A model generated the notes under the pieces. It searched no databases. It was not told the origin of the DNA and was given only the letters and a program-made list of their open reading frames with translations. A stretch of DNA of 50,395 nucleotides from a virus: the IMG/VR virus record IMGVR_UViG_3300029483_000012; one strand, given 5' to 3'. The position numbers and the translations under genes were made by a program. Below are positions 40,091-48,920 of this stretch, piece by piece. Every line of letters starts with the position of its first letter. The first letter of the stretch is position 1.

Positions 40091-40572
40091 CACTCTACAC
40101 AAGCAAGGTGGTGGCCCAGTGGTTATGCCTGACCGAGCGGCGGGTGCGGCAGCTCAGGGACGAGGGCGTGATCGTGGAGGCGAGGCCGGGCCTTTATGAA
40201 CTCCAGCCGACGGTGGCACGGTATATCACCTACATCGGCGGAGCAGGGAAAGAGACGCTGACCAACGAGCGAATGAAGCTGACGAGGGCAAAGCGGGAAG
40301 CGGCGGAACTGGAAAATGAACTGCGCAAGGGAGAAGTCCACCGGACAGAGGACATTGAGCGGGGCATCAAGTCCATGTTCCTAAATATCAGAAGCCGCTT
40401 TCTGGCACTCCCGGCCAAACTCTCCCCCACCCTGGCGACCATGGGGGGAAACCAGACTGGCATATTTGACGAGCTGAAACAGGCCATCGACGAAATTCTG
40501 GAGGAAATGAGCGACTACCGGGTGGCCTTTGCGGTACAGGACGGTGAAAGCGATGGAGAAGAAGCGGAATAA
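40087..40572 (+). CDS. Second terminase small subunit-like protein (Nu1-like winged HTH plus coiled coil)
   Basis: 161 aa. N-terminal VAQWLCLTERRVRQLRDEGVI...Y.L..TV.RYI.Y. It lies directly upstream of the gpA-type large subunit gene. Confidence 0.6.
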   Translation: MTLYTSKVVAQWLCLTERRVRQLRDEGVIVEARPGLYELQPTVARYITYIGGAGKETLTNERMKLTRAKREAAELENELRKGEVHRTEDIERGIKSMFLNIRSRFLALPAKLSPTLATMGGNQTGIFDELKQAIDEILEEMSDYRVAFAVQDGESDGEEAE

Positions 40573-40714
40573 AAATCCATGCGAGGGATGCGTGTGGCCT
40601 GCATACGCCGAGGGAAACAAAGTCCTCTGCCCATTCCAGCGCTGTGTGAGAAAGGAATATGAACGGCTGTGGCTGGAACGGAAAGAAGAACATGAAAAAG
40701 AGAAAGATCATTGA
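40553..40714 (+). CDS. Possible small zinc-finger protein overlapping the terminase gene junction
   Basis: 53 aa (MEKKRNKNPCEGCVWPAYAEGNKVLCPFQRCVRKEY...). Weak RBS. It overlaps both neighbouring genes. Confidence 0.3.
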   Translation: MEKKRNKNPCEGCVWPAYAEGNKVLCPFQRCVRKEYERLWLERKEEHEKEKDH

Positions 40715-42527
40715 TCTGCCAAAGCCCACCATGGATATGCTGGCCCGGTGCGCGGCGGTGCTGAAACCACCACCGGAGCTGACCCTTTCAGAGTGGGCGG
40801 ACAAATACCGGGTGCTGTCGGCGGAGAGCAGCGCAGAGCCGGGCCGCTGGCACACGGATAAGGCCCCATATCAGCGGGAGATCATGGACGCCATCGGAGA
40901 CCCGCACATCCGCAAGGTAGTCATTATGAGTGCCGCGCAGATCGGAAAGACCGATGCGTTTATTCTGAACCCGCTGGGGTACTACATGGATTACGCCCCG
41001 GCCCCTATCCTGGTGATGCAGCCGACGCTTGACATGGGACAGACTTTTTCCAAAGACCGGCTGGCCCCAATGATACGGGACACGCCGGAGCTGCGGGACA
41101 AGGTGGATGTCAAGAGCCGGTACAGCGGCAACACCATCATGAAGAAAAATTTCCCCGGCGGGCACATCACCATCGTAGGCGCGAACAGCGCCACGGGCCT
41201 TGCCAGCCGCCCGATCAAGGTTCTGCTGGCGGACGAGGTTGACCGCTATCCGGCCAGCGCCGGAACAGAGGGCGACCCTTTGAGCCTGGCACAGAAGCGG
41301 CAGACGACCTTTTGGGACAAGAAAACCGTGATCGTCAGCACGCCGGTTATCAAAGGGCAGAGCCGCATCGAAACAGAGTTCGAGCAAAGCACGAAAGAGG
41401 AATGGAATGTGCCGTGCCCAGACTGCGGGCATTACCAGCCGTTCGTGTGGGCCAATGTGATCTTTGACCGGGAGAACCCGCAGGGAGAGGTGCTGTACAA
41501 GTGCGAGCGGTGCGGGGTGGTATCCGGGGAATATCAGTGGAAGCAGGCGAGCAAGCGGGGGCAGTTCGTGGCAGAAAATCCGGCGGCGGAGGCCAGAGGT
41601 TTCCACCTGAATACGCTGGCATCCACCTTCTGCTCCTGGAAAGAGATCGTCCAAAAGTTCCTTGTGGCAAAAGAACAGCTTGACCAGGGAAACCCGGAGG
41701 GCATGAAAGTTTGGGTGAACACGGAGCTGGGCGAGACCTGGGAGGAGCGGGGCGAGCAGGTGGAGGACACTGTGCTGCTGAACCGCAGAGAGGTTTACGA
41801 TGCGGATGTGCCGGACGGGGTGCTGGTGCTGACAGCGGGCGTGGATGTCCAGGACGACCGGTTTGAGGTGGAAGTGGTCGGCTGGGGTGTCGGGAAGGAG
41901 AGCTGGGGCATACGGTATCAGAAAATTTACGGCGATATGCTCAAAGAACAGGTATGGCAAGACCTAGACGCTTTTCTGCTTTCCGGTTTCAAGAAAAAGG
42001 ACGGAACGACGCTGCATATCATAAGCGCCTGCGTTGACAGCGGCGGCCACCATACCGATCAGGTTTATCGCTTCACCAGAGACCGGTGGGAAAGAAAAGT
42101 GTGGGCCATCAAAGGAAAGGGCGGCAGCGATGTGCCATACATCCGAAACCCGACTACGAACAACCGCGTAAAAACGCCGCTGTTCATCATCGGCGTGGAC
42201 GCAGGAAAAGCGCTGCTATATCAGCGGCTCAGGCATGAGACCAAGGGGCCGAACTACTGCCACTTCCCGGAGAATGAGGCGGCGGGATATGACGAGGAAT
42301 ACTTTCGGGGCCTTACTGCGGAGAAGATGGTGGTACGGTTCCGAAAGGGGCGGAGCGTGGTTGTGTGGGAGCTGAAAGACAGTAAGCACAAGCGGAACGA
42401 ACCGCTTGACCTGCGCAATTACGCCACGGCGGCGCTGGAAATCGCAAACCCGGTGCTGCAAATGACGGACGGAGTGCCGCAGCCGAGGAAGCGGCAGGCG
42501 GGCCGCCGGATGCGAGGAGGTATATAA
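40692..42527 (+). CDS. terL: Terminase large subunit, lambda gpA family
   Basis: 611 aa counted from ATG 40692 (40659 and 40731 are alternative starts). LTLSEWADKYRVLSAESSAEPGRWHTDKAPYQREIMDAIGDPHIRKVVIMSAAQIGKTD parallels the gpA N-terminus and Walker A region. Confidence 0.9.
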   Translation: MKKRKIIDLPKPTMDMLARCAAVLKPPPELTLSEWADKYRVLSAESSAEPGRWHTDKAPYQREIMDAIGDPHIRKVVIMSAAQIGKTDAFILNPLGYYMDYAPAPILVMQPTLDMGQTFSKDRLAPMIRDTPELRDKVDVKSRYSGNTIMKKNFPGGHITIVGANSATGLASRPIKVLLADEVDRYPASAGTEGDPLSLAQKRQTTFWDKKTVIVSTPVIKGQSRIETEFEQSTKEEWNVPCPDCGHYQPFVWANVIFDRENPQGEVLYKCERCGVVSGEYQWKQASKRGQFVAENPAAEARGFHLNTLASTFCSWKEIVQKFLVAKEQLDQGNPEGMKVWVNTELGETWEERGEQVEDTVLLNRREVYDADVPDGVLVLTAGVDVQDDRFEVEVVGWGVGKESWGIRYQKIYGDMLKEQVWQDLDAFLLSGFKKKDGTTLHIISACVDSGGHHTDQVYRFTRDRWERKVWAIKGKGGSDVPYIRNPTTNNRVKTPLFIIGVDAGKALLYQRLRHETKGPNYCHFPENEAAGYDEEYFRGLTAEKMVVRFRKGRSVVVWELKDSKHKRNEPLDLRNYATAALEIANPVLQMTDGVPQPRKRQAGRRMRGGI

Positions 42528-42764
42528 ATGGCTGTTTTTTCAAAAGAGCTTTGCCAAAAAAAGCTGAACACATGGATGAAAGCGGAGGAGGCAATCGCAA
42601 CCGGGCAGAGCTATCAGATCGGGAGCAGAATGCTGACCCGAGCAGATTTGAAGCAGGTTCGGGAGGAAATGGAATACTGGGCCGGGAAACTGGCCGAGGC
42701 GTCCGCAGAGGAGAAGCACGGGGGACGGAACCGGAGTTATCGGGCCGTGGCCCGTGACCTATAA
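42528..42764 (+). CDS. Head-tail joining protein, lambda gpW-like
   Basis: 78 aa, lying between the terL and portal genes as in lambda. GGAGG RBS. Confidence 0.65.
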   Translation: MAVFSKELCQKKLNTWMKAEEAIATGQSYQIGSRMLTRADLKQVREEMEYWAGKLAEASAEEKHGGRNRSYRAVARDL

Positions 42765-42775
42765 GGAGGGCAGGC

Positions 42776-44377
42776 ATGGCGAAACCGAACATCTTTGACC
42801 GGGCGGTGATTGCCGTTGCTCCTGTCCATGCGGCAAAGCGGGCGGCGGCCAGAGCCGCCCTGTCTGTAATCAACAGCGGATACGGAAACTACGGTGCGAA
42901 CCTGACCAAAAAGAGCATGAGGGGCTGGGAGTTCTACGGCGGCAGCCCGAAAGAGGACATCGAGGACAATATCAATGTGCTGCGCCAGCGGAGCCGCGAT
43001 GCCTATATGGGTATCCCGACTGCGGCGGCGGCACTGAAAACCATGCGAACCAATGTGATCGCAGGCGGACTGATGCCTGCGCCGCAGATCGACGGGGAGT
43101 ATTTGGGGCTGAGTGAGGGAGAAATGGAGCGGCTGCAAGCGCAGATCGTCCGGGAATTTTCGCTGTGGGCGGATACTCCGGTGTGCGACGCAGAGAGGAT
43201 AGATAACTTCTACCAGCTCCAGCAGCTCGCATTCCTGGGATACCTGATGAACGGGGACGAAATCGCCCTGCTGCCGATGAAAAGGCAGGTGGGCCAGCCA
43301 TACGACTTGCGGGTGCAGCTGGTGGAGGCGGACAGGGTGTGCAGCCCGGACGGGTTCGACCGGCTGATGCCATGCACGGTGCAGGGGTACAAGGTACACA
43401 GTATTGTGCAGGGGGTCGAAACAGACGCAGACGGGATGGTGGTCGCCTACTGGGTGTGCAACCATCACCCACTGGGCAGCCACAGCGCCACGGATGCGGA
43501 CGGCATTACCTGGAAGCGGGTGGAGGCGTATGGAGCGAAAACGGGCCGAAGAAATGTCCTCCATGTGATGAACCGGGAACGAGCGGGCCAGAGGCGCGGC
43601 GTCCCGATCTTGGCCCCGGTTCTGGAGAGCCTGAAACAGCTTGGGAGATATACGGACGCTGAAATCACAGCGGCGGTGATCTCAGCCATGTTTACGGTGT
43701 TCGTAAAGAGCCAGAACCCGACCGAGGGCAGACCGTTCGGAGAAATGATACCGGCGGAGGAACTGATCGACCGAGGCGACGAGAACAGCATTGAGCTGGG
43801 GCCGGGGGCCATTATCGACCTGAACCCAGGCGAGGAAGTCCAGTTCGCAGACCCGAAGCACCCAAACACAGGGTATGATGCATTTACCAATGCGACCATT
43901 CGGATGATCGGGGCGGCGCTGGAGATACCGCCGGAAGTCATGCTGAAACAGTTCTCCACCAGCTACTCAGCGGCCAGGGGCGCACTCAATGAGTTCTGGC
44001 GCACCTGCGGTATGCAGCGGGACTGGTTTGCGGACGACTTCTGCCAGCCGGTGTATGAAGAATGGTTCACAGAGGCTGTGGCCCGAGGGCGCATATCGGC
44101 TCCGGGATATTTCAGTGACCCGGCTATACGAAAGGCGTACACGGCCTGTTCGTGGAATGGCCCGGCCAGAACGAACCTGAACCCAGTGCAGGAAGTAACG
44201 GCGGCCATCAAGAGAGTGGAGGCTTGTTTCAGCACCGCCCAGGAGGAGACCGCCCAAATGACCGGCGGGGACTATAACCGCAACATCAAGCAGCGAGTGA
44301 TGGAAGCCAAGCGAAAGCGCGAGGTGGATATAATCGGAAGCCCGGATGAACCGTTTAAGCCGGTGGAGGGCGAATAG
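42776..44377 (+). CDS. Portal protein (lambda gpB family)
   Basis: 533 aa, with the position and size of lambda-type portals. AAGGAGGG RBS. Confidence 0.85.
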   Translation: MAKPNIFDRAVIAVAPVHAAKRAAARAALSVINSGYGNYGANLTKKSMRGWEFYGGSPKEDIEDNINVLRQRSRDAYMGIPTAAAALKTMRTNVIAGGLMPAPQIDGEYLGLSEGEMERLQAQIVREFSLWADTPVCDAERIDNFYQLQQLAFLGYLMNGDEIALLPMKRQVGQPYDLRVQLVEADRVCSPDGFDRLMPCTVQGYKVHSIVQGVETDADGMVVAYWVCNHHPLGSHSATDADGITWKRVEAYGAKTGRRNVLHVMNRERAGQRRGVPILAPVLESLKQLGRYTDAEITAAVISAMFTVFVKSQNPTEGRPFGEMIPAEELIDRGDENSIELGPGAIIDLNPGEEVQFADPKHPNTGYDAFTNATIRMIGAALEIPPEVMLKQFSTSYSAARGALNEFWRTCGMQRDWFADDFCQPVYEEWFTEAVARGRISAPGYFSDPAIRKAYTACSWNGPARTNLNPVQEVTAAIKRVEACFSTAQEETAQMTGGDYNRNIKQRVMEAKRKREVDIIGSPDEPFKPVEGE

Positions 44378-44390
44378 GAGGATAGAGACA

Positions 44391-45476
44391 ATGCCGGAAA
44401 ACAAGAAATTCTGGAAGTTCTGCAACCAGGTGGGAAACACCGTGGAGCTGTTGCTTTACGGAGACATCTCGCAAACGAGCTGGTGGGGCGATGAAGTGAC
44501 GCCGAGACAGTTCGCGGAGGAGCTGGCAGGACTGGGGGCGCTGGACAAGATCGTGGTGCGCATCAACAGCGGCGGTGGAGATGTGTTTGCCGCCCAGGCA
44601 ATCGGAAATCAGCTGGAGCAGCACCCGGCGGAGGTGACGGCCAAGATCGACGGGCTGTGTGCCAGCGCGGCAACCATTGTGGCCTGTCACTGCGGAAAGG
44701 TGATCGCAGCCAACGACAGCACCTACATGGTGCATCCGGTTCGCATGGGCGCATACGGCTACTACAACGCCGAGGAGCTGAAAAAGTACATTGAGGCGCT
44801 GGACGCCATCCGGGAGAGTATCACGGGCCTGTACGCCAAAAAGACCGGCAGAGAAAAGGACGAAGTGGCCGGGTGGATGGATGAAACGAAATGGTGGACA
44901 GCTCAGCAAGCCAAGGAGAACGGCTTCATCGACGAGCTGGTGGACGATGCAGAGGAAACCGTCGTGGAAAACCGGGACGGGATGCTGTTCGTGAACAGCG
45001 TCAATATGCACTTGCCTTTCGACAAGGCACCTGACTTTGTGCAAAGCAGCAAGGCAGCAAAAACCGCCGCCGACTGTTTTGTAAATAAAAATTGCCATAA
45101 GGAGGTAAAAAACATGGCAAACGAGATCAAGACCGTGGACGATCTGCGCGGGGCCTATCCCGCACTGGTCAACGAGATCGAGGAGGCGGCGGCGCAGCAG
45201 GCCAGAAGCGACGAGCGCCAGCGCATCCAGGACATCGAGGAAATGGCCCTGCCTGGCAGCGAGGAGCAGACCTTTGAGGCCAAGTACACCAAGCCCATCA
45301 GCGCAAGCACCTATGCCAAGGCCGCTATGAAGAAAGCCAAGGAGCAGGGCAACGCATGGCTGAATGGGGCAAAGAACGACGCCGAGCATCTGGACGGCGT
45401 GAAGAAGGAGACGCCGGGGAACGGCGAGCAGGACGAGTTCATGGACGCCATCAAGTCCATGGGCGGCAAGAAGTAA
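44391..45476 (+). CDS. Head maturation protease (ClpP/S49-like) with a C-terminal scaffold domain
   Basis: 361 aa. INSGGGDVFAAQAI and GLCASAATIVA are typical of ClpP-type prohead proteases. The C-terminal third is a charged helical region. Confidence 0.85.
   Translation: MPENKKFWKFCNQVGNTVELLLYGDISQTSWWGDEVTPRQFAEELAGLGALDKIVVRINSGGGDVFAAQAIGNQLEQHPAEVTAKIDGLCASAATIVACHCGKVIAANDSTYMVHPVRMGAYGYYNAEELKKYIEALDAIRESITGLYAKKTGREKDEVAGWMDETKWWTAQQAKENGFIDELVDDAEETVVENRDGMLFVNSVNMHLPFDKAPDFVQSSKAAKTAADCFVNKNCHKEVKNMANEIKTVDDLRGAYPALVNEIEEAAAQQARSDERQRIQDIEEMALPGSEEQTFEAKYTKPISASTYAKAAMKKAKEQGNAWLNGAKNDAEHLDGVKKETPGNGEQDEFMDAIKSMGGKK
45114..45476 (+). CDS. Nested in-frame scaffold protein (lambda Nu3-like arrangement)
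   Basis: An in-frame ATG at 45114 is preceded by a strong internal RBS (AAGGAGGTAAAAAAC). The 120-aa product is helical and charged. Confidence 0.55.
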   Translation: MANEIKTVDDLRGAYPALVNEIEEAAAQQARSDERQRIQDIEEMALPGSEEQTFEAKYTKPISASTYAKAAMKKAKEQGNAWLNGAKNDAEHLDGVKKETPGNGEQDEFMDAIKSMGGKK

Positions 45477-45488
45477 GGAGGAGCGAAC

Positions 45489-45845
45489 ATGAGTATGGAT
45501 TTGGCGAAAAAGACCTTTTCCACCCAGCCTGACTATCTGATCGCCGGGACGGCGGAGATCGTCACTGCGGCAAAGGAGGCGGCAGCCGCATTGAAGCGCG
45601 GCGCTCCCGTGGTGCTGGACGGCTCCGGCAAACTGGCCGCTGTGACGGTGAGCGGCGGCCCTGGAACCTATAAGACCGAGGCCACCGGCCTGTATGGCAT
45701 TCTCGCGGAGGATGTAAAGAGCGGAGAGCAGGGCGTTGTGTACCTGAGCGGCGAGTTTTTTGCCAATGCACTGGTACTGCCTGCCAATGGCTCTGCGGCG
45801 GATTTGGAGGTTCCTTTCCGCGCACTGGGCATCTTTTTGAAGTAA
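45489..45845 (+). CDS. Head decoration protein (lambda gpD-like)
   Basis: 118 aa lying between the protease/scaffold and major capsid genes. AAGGAGG RBS. Confidence 0.7.
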   Translation: MSMDLAKKTFSTQPDYLIAGTAEIVTAAKEAAAALKRGAPVVLDGSGKLAAVTVSGGPGTYKTEATGLYGILAEDVKSGEQGVVYLSGEFFANALVLPANGSAADLEVPFRALGIFLK

Positions 45846-45858
45846 GGAGGAAACTTTA

Positions 45859-46911
45859 ATGGCTAACGAAGTGAATATTTACAGCCCTCGCTATCTGGCG
45901 GAGGTCGTGCGGCAGGCACCCCCTGTCCGCACCTATTTCCGAGACACTTTCTTTACCAATGTCAAGCCGTTCTCCACCGAGCGGGTGGACATTGATCTGG
46001 TGAAGGGCGACCGGCGCATGGCGGCGTTTGTGCATCCCCGCCTGGGCGGCAAAGTGCTGACGGCAAACGGCTACACCACCGAGAGCTACAAGCCCCCTCT
46101 GGTGAACCCCTATGATGTGACAACGGCTGACCAGCTTATGACCCGTCTGCCGGGAGAGGATTTGTACAGCGGTATGACCCCCGCCCAGAGGGCGGCTCAG
46201 AAGCTGATGGAGGAGTACGCCACCCTGAATGATGCCACCACCCGCAGAGAAGAGTGGATGGCCGTTCAGGCAATCGTGACGGGCACCATCCCCATTGTGG
46301 GCGAGGGCGTGAACGAGGTCATCGACTTCGGCTTTACCAACAAGATCACTCTGAGCGGCGAAAACAAGTGGGGCGGCACCAAGGCTGACATCCTGGGCAA
46401 CCTGGGCGACTGGACTGACAAGGTGCTGACCGGCGGCTTTGCCAATGTGGATATGGCGATTTTGGGCAAGGAGGCCAAGAAGAAATTCTTTGCCGATGCC
46501 AATGTCCAGAAGATGATGGACAACCGCCGCATGAACATGGGAGAGATCAACCCCCGTGACCTGCCCAACGGCGTGAAGTACCTGGGGCACCTGACTGACC
46601 CCAGTCTCGACCTGTACGCCTACGGCGAAGTGTACTACGACGACTGGACAAACCCGGAGGAGCCCGCCACCAAGCCGCTCATTCCCGACAATGCGGTTAT
46701 CCTGATTAGTTCCCACCCGAACTATATGATGGCCTATGGTGCCTGCACCTACATTGAGCAGGCGAGCGGCCTGTGGGTGACCTCTCAGACCAGCCGCCTG
46801 CTGCGCAGCTATGTGGAGCATCACCCTGACCGCCGCATGGTGGAATTGCAGGCCCACCCCCTGCCCATCCCCGACAAGGTGGACAGCTGGCTGGTAGCTA
46901 CTGTGTGCTGA
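45859..46911 (+). CDS. Major capsid protein, lambda gpE family
   Basis: 350 aa. The N-terminus MANEVNIYSPRYLAEVVRQAPPVRTYFRDTFF is typical of E-family capsid proteins. A strong terminator follows the gene. Confidence 0.9.
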   Translation: MANEVNIYSPRYLAEVVRQAPPVRTYFRDTFFTNVKPFSTERVDIDLVKGDRRMAAFVHPRLGGKVLTANGYTTESYKPPLVNPYDVTTADQLMTRLPGEDLYSGMTPAQRAAQKLMEEYATLNDATTRREEWMAVQAIVTGTIPIVGEGVNEVIDFGFTNKITLSGENKWGGTKADILGNLGDWTDKVLTGGFANVDMAILGKEAKKKFFADANVQKMMDNRRMNMGEINPRDLPNGVKYLGHLTDPSLDLYAYGEVYYDDWTNPEEPATKPLIPDNAVILISSHPNYMMAYGACTYIEQASGLWVTSQTSRLLRSYVEHHPDRRMVELQAHPLPIPDKVDSWLVATVC

Positions 46912-46920
46912 CAATTCAAT

Positions 46921-46955
46921 CCCCTGCCTGCTGTGTGCAGGCGGGGGAGTTTTTC
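46921..46955 (+). terminator. Rho-independent terminator/attenuator after the capsid gene
   Basis: cccctgcctgc pairs with gcaggcggggg (one G-T) and is followed by AGTTTTTC. Confidence 0.7.
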
Positions 46956-46969
46956 TGCGGAGGTGCAGC

Positions 46970-47383
46970 ATGGCACTTTTTGAACTGGAACAGGATTTTG
47001 GAAGCGACCCGGAAACGGAGTGGAAAGCGCCGACTTTCAAAGACTGTGCAGCGGCAGACATCGACCTGACTTTCTTTGAGCAGGACGAACACGCAGACCT
47101 GCACACGGTTGACGGGAAAGAGGCGCTGGTCATTGTGGATGACCAACGGCTGAAAGAACACAACTCGCACTGGGAAGCCGGAGCGAAACAGAACTTTGAT
47201 ACGGGCCTATACACCGCATCCACCGTGCTGTACATCCGGGTAAAGGACTACGGGCCGAAGCCGAAGATCGGGAAGCATTTGGTCATGGATAAGGGCACCT
47301 CGCAGCAGCGGACTTACAGTATCCTGAACTGCGAGGAAGAAGCGGGTATTTACCGCATCACCATGGAGAGGACGAGACAATGA
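46970..47383 (+). CDS. Head-tail connector / head completion protein (function inferred from position)
   Basis: 137 aa with a GGAGG RBS, the first gene after the capsid gene. Confidence 0.45.
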   Translation: MALFELEQDFGSDPETEWKAPTFKDCAAADIDLTFFEQDEHADLHTVDGKEALVIVDDQRLKEHNSHWEAGAKQNFDTGLYTASTVLYIRVKDYGPKPKIGKHLVMDKGTSQQRTYSILNCEEEAGIYRITMERTRQ

Positions 47384-48081
47384 GCAGGGTGACTTACGAC
47401 GCAGGAACCATGACCATCACAGTGGACGGGCTGGAGGATGTGGAGCGAGCGCTGGGGGACTTGAAGAAAAAGACCCCGGCGGCGGCCAAGGTAGCGATCA
47501 ACGCCACAGCACGACAGGCAAGAAAGCTGATGGTGGCGCAGGCAAAGGCCAGGTATGCCGTGAACGCCGCTGGGCGGCGGCACCTGAAAGACCTGGTACA
47601 GCGGAAAAAGGCCACGAACACAAGTCTGAGCGCAGAGCTTCACATCGAGAAGATGCGGAACGACCTGGGCTATTTCCAGCACAGGCCGACAGAGAGCTTC
47701 AAGGGGCGGGATGTCCTGCGCAGAGCGCCTGCCCATGTAAAGGCGCGAGTTCTGAAATCCTCTACCATGACCGCTTTGACCGGCGACGGAGCCAATCTGA
47801 GCAAGGGCTTTTTGGTGGAGTTCAAGAGCGGCCATGTGGGCATGGTTCAGCGGCGCATCGGCTCCAGCTCCAGCCATACGGTTACAGAGCGGGGGCGTCC
47901 GCGGTGGCGGAACAAGGACGGGAAAGTGGAAAAGCTGGTGACGATGGGAAGTCCGTCGGCAACTGCGATGCACAGCACCGTTTGGCCCTATGTGGAACCG
48001 GAGGTAACGGAATACCTGTACGACAGACTGATGGAGCAGACCGAGCGGGTGATCGCGCGGGCAAAGGCCAGAAAGGGATAG
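47380..48081 (+). CDS. Neck / tail completion protein (HK97 gp10-like pattern)
   Basis: 233 aa with an ATGA overlap. The N-terminal AAAKVAINATARQARKLMVAQAKARYAV resembles gp10-family proteins by eye. Confidence 0.45.
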   Translation: MSRVTYDAGTMTITVDGLEDVERALGDLKKKTPAAAKVAINATARQARKLMVAQAKARYAVNAAGRRHLKDLVQRKKATNTSLSAELHIEKMRNDLGYFQHRPTESFKGRDVLRRAPAHVKARVLKSSTMTALTGDGANLSKGFLVEFKSGHVGMVQRRIGSSSSHTVTERGRPRWRNKDGKVEKLVTMGSPSATAMHSTVWPYVEPEVTEYLYDRLMEQTERVIARAKARKG

Positions 48082-48084
48082 GCG

Positions 48085-48612
48085 ATGAAAGATTACATGG
48101 ATGCGGTGAAAGCCGCAGGGATTGGGCGGACGCCGCAGCTTTGCCAAGACGCGCTGATCGAGATGCTGGAGGAGCTTTTCGCCGGGAAAAAGTACAACGG
48201 CCAACAGGGCAGAAAACCGCTGAACATCTATAAGCAGGATTTGCCGGTGCCGGAGGACTACGACGCGGATGTGGACACGGATGCGGCGGCGGCCCCCTAT
48301 ATCGTGGCCCGCATGACCGGCGGAGCCATTAAGGACGAAAGCGGGCCGCAGACGGTGGAGTTCAGCTTGATCGTATGCGCATACGACGAGGGCGGAGCGC
48401 GAGAGGGCTATCAGGATGTGGCGAACATCAAAGAGGACATTGTACAGCGGGTCTGTACGAGGCCCTATTTCGGCGGTGCGTTCACCATCCTGAAACCCGT
48501 CGTATGGGCTATGCAGCAGGATGATACGCACCCGTATTATTTCGGGGCTTGCACCTTGACCTGCACGGCCCCGGCTATGACACAGGACACGGAATTGGAG
48601 GGACTGGTATGA
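48085..48612 (+). CDS. Neck / tail terminator-like protein (function inferred from position)
   Basis: 175 aa, lying between the connector genes and the sheath gene. Confidence 0.4.
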   Translation: MKDYMDAVKAAGIGRTPQLCQDALIEMLEELFAGKKYNGQQGRKPLNIYKQDLPVPEDYDADVDTDAAAAPYIVARMTGGAIKDESGPQTVEFSLIVCAYDEGGAREGYQDVANIKEDIVQRVCTRPYFGGAFTILKPVVWAMQQDDTHPYYFGACTLTCTAPAMTQDTELEGLV

Positions 48613-48908
48613 GCAGGAAAGCAGAGGCGTCGGCCATGGGTATGGCCGAGCGGGCGGAAGGAGCGGCAGGGCGGAAGAAAAAGGCTGGCCCTGTTGTCTA
48701 CTGCGGCCCGACTGTAAGGGGCGTAGCGAAGCAGTACACGGTGTTCAGCGGAGGCATCCCGGAGGCGCTGGAGGATTTTTCTGAACGGCACCCGGAGGTA
48801 AAGGCCCTGTTGGTGCCGGTGGAGCAGTTCGCGGAGACCAGGAGGAAGATGGAGACTGCCGGAACGGCAGAAGCCATCCTGTACCACAAAATCAAATCTG
48901 AGCTGTAA
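48609..48908 (+). CDS. Hypothetical structural-module protein
   Basis: 99 aa counted from ATG 48609, which forms an ATGA overlap. Confidence 0.5.
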   Translation: MSRKAEASAMGMAERAEGAAGRKKKAGPVVYCGPTVRGVAKQYTVFSGGIPEALEDFSERHPEVKALLVPVEQFAETRRKMETAGTAEAILYHKIKSEL

Positions 48909-48920
48909 GGAGGAAACAAT

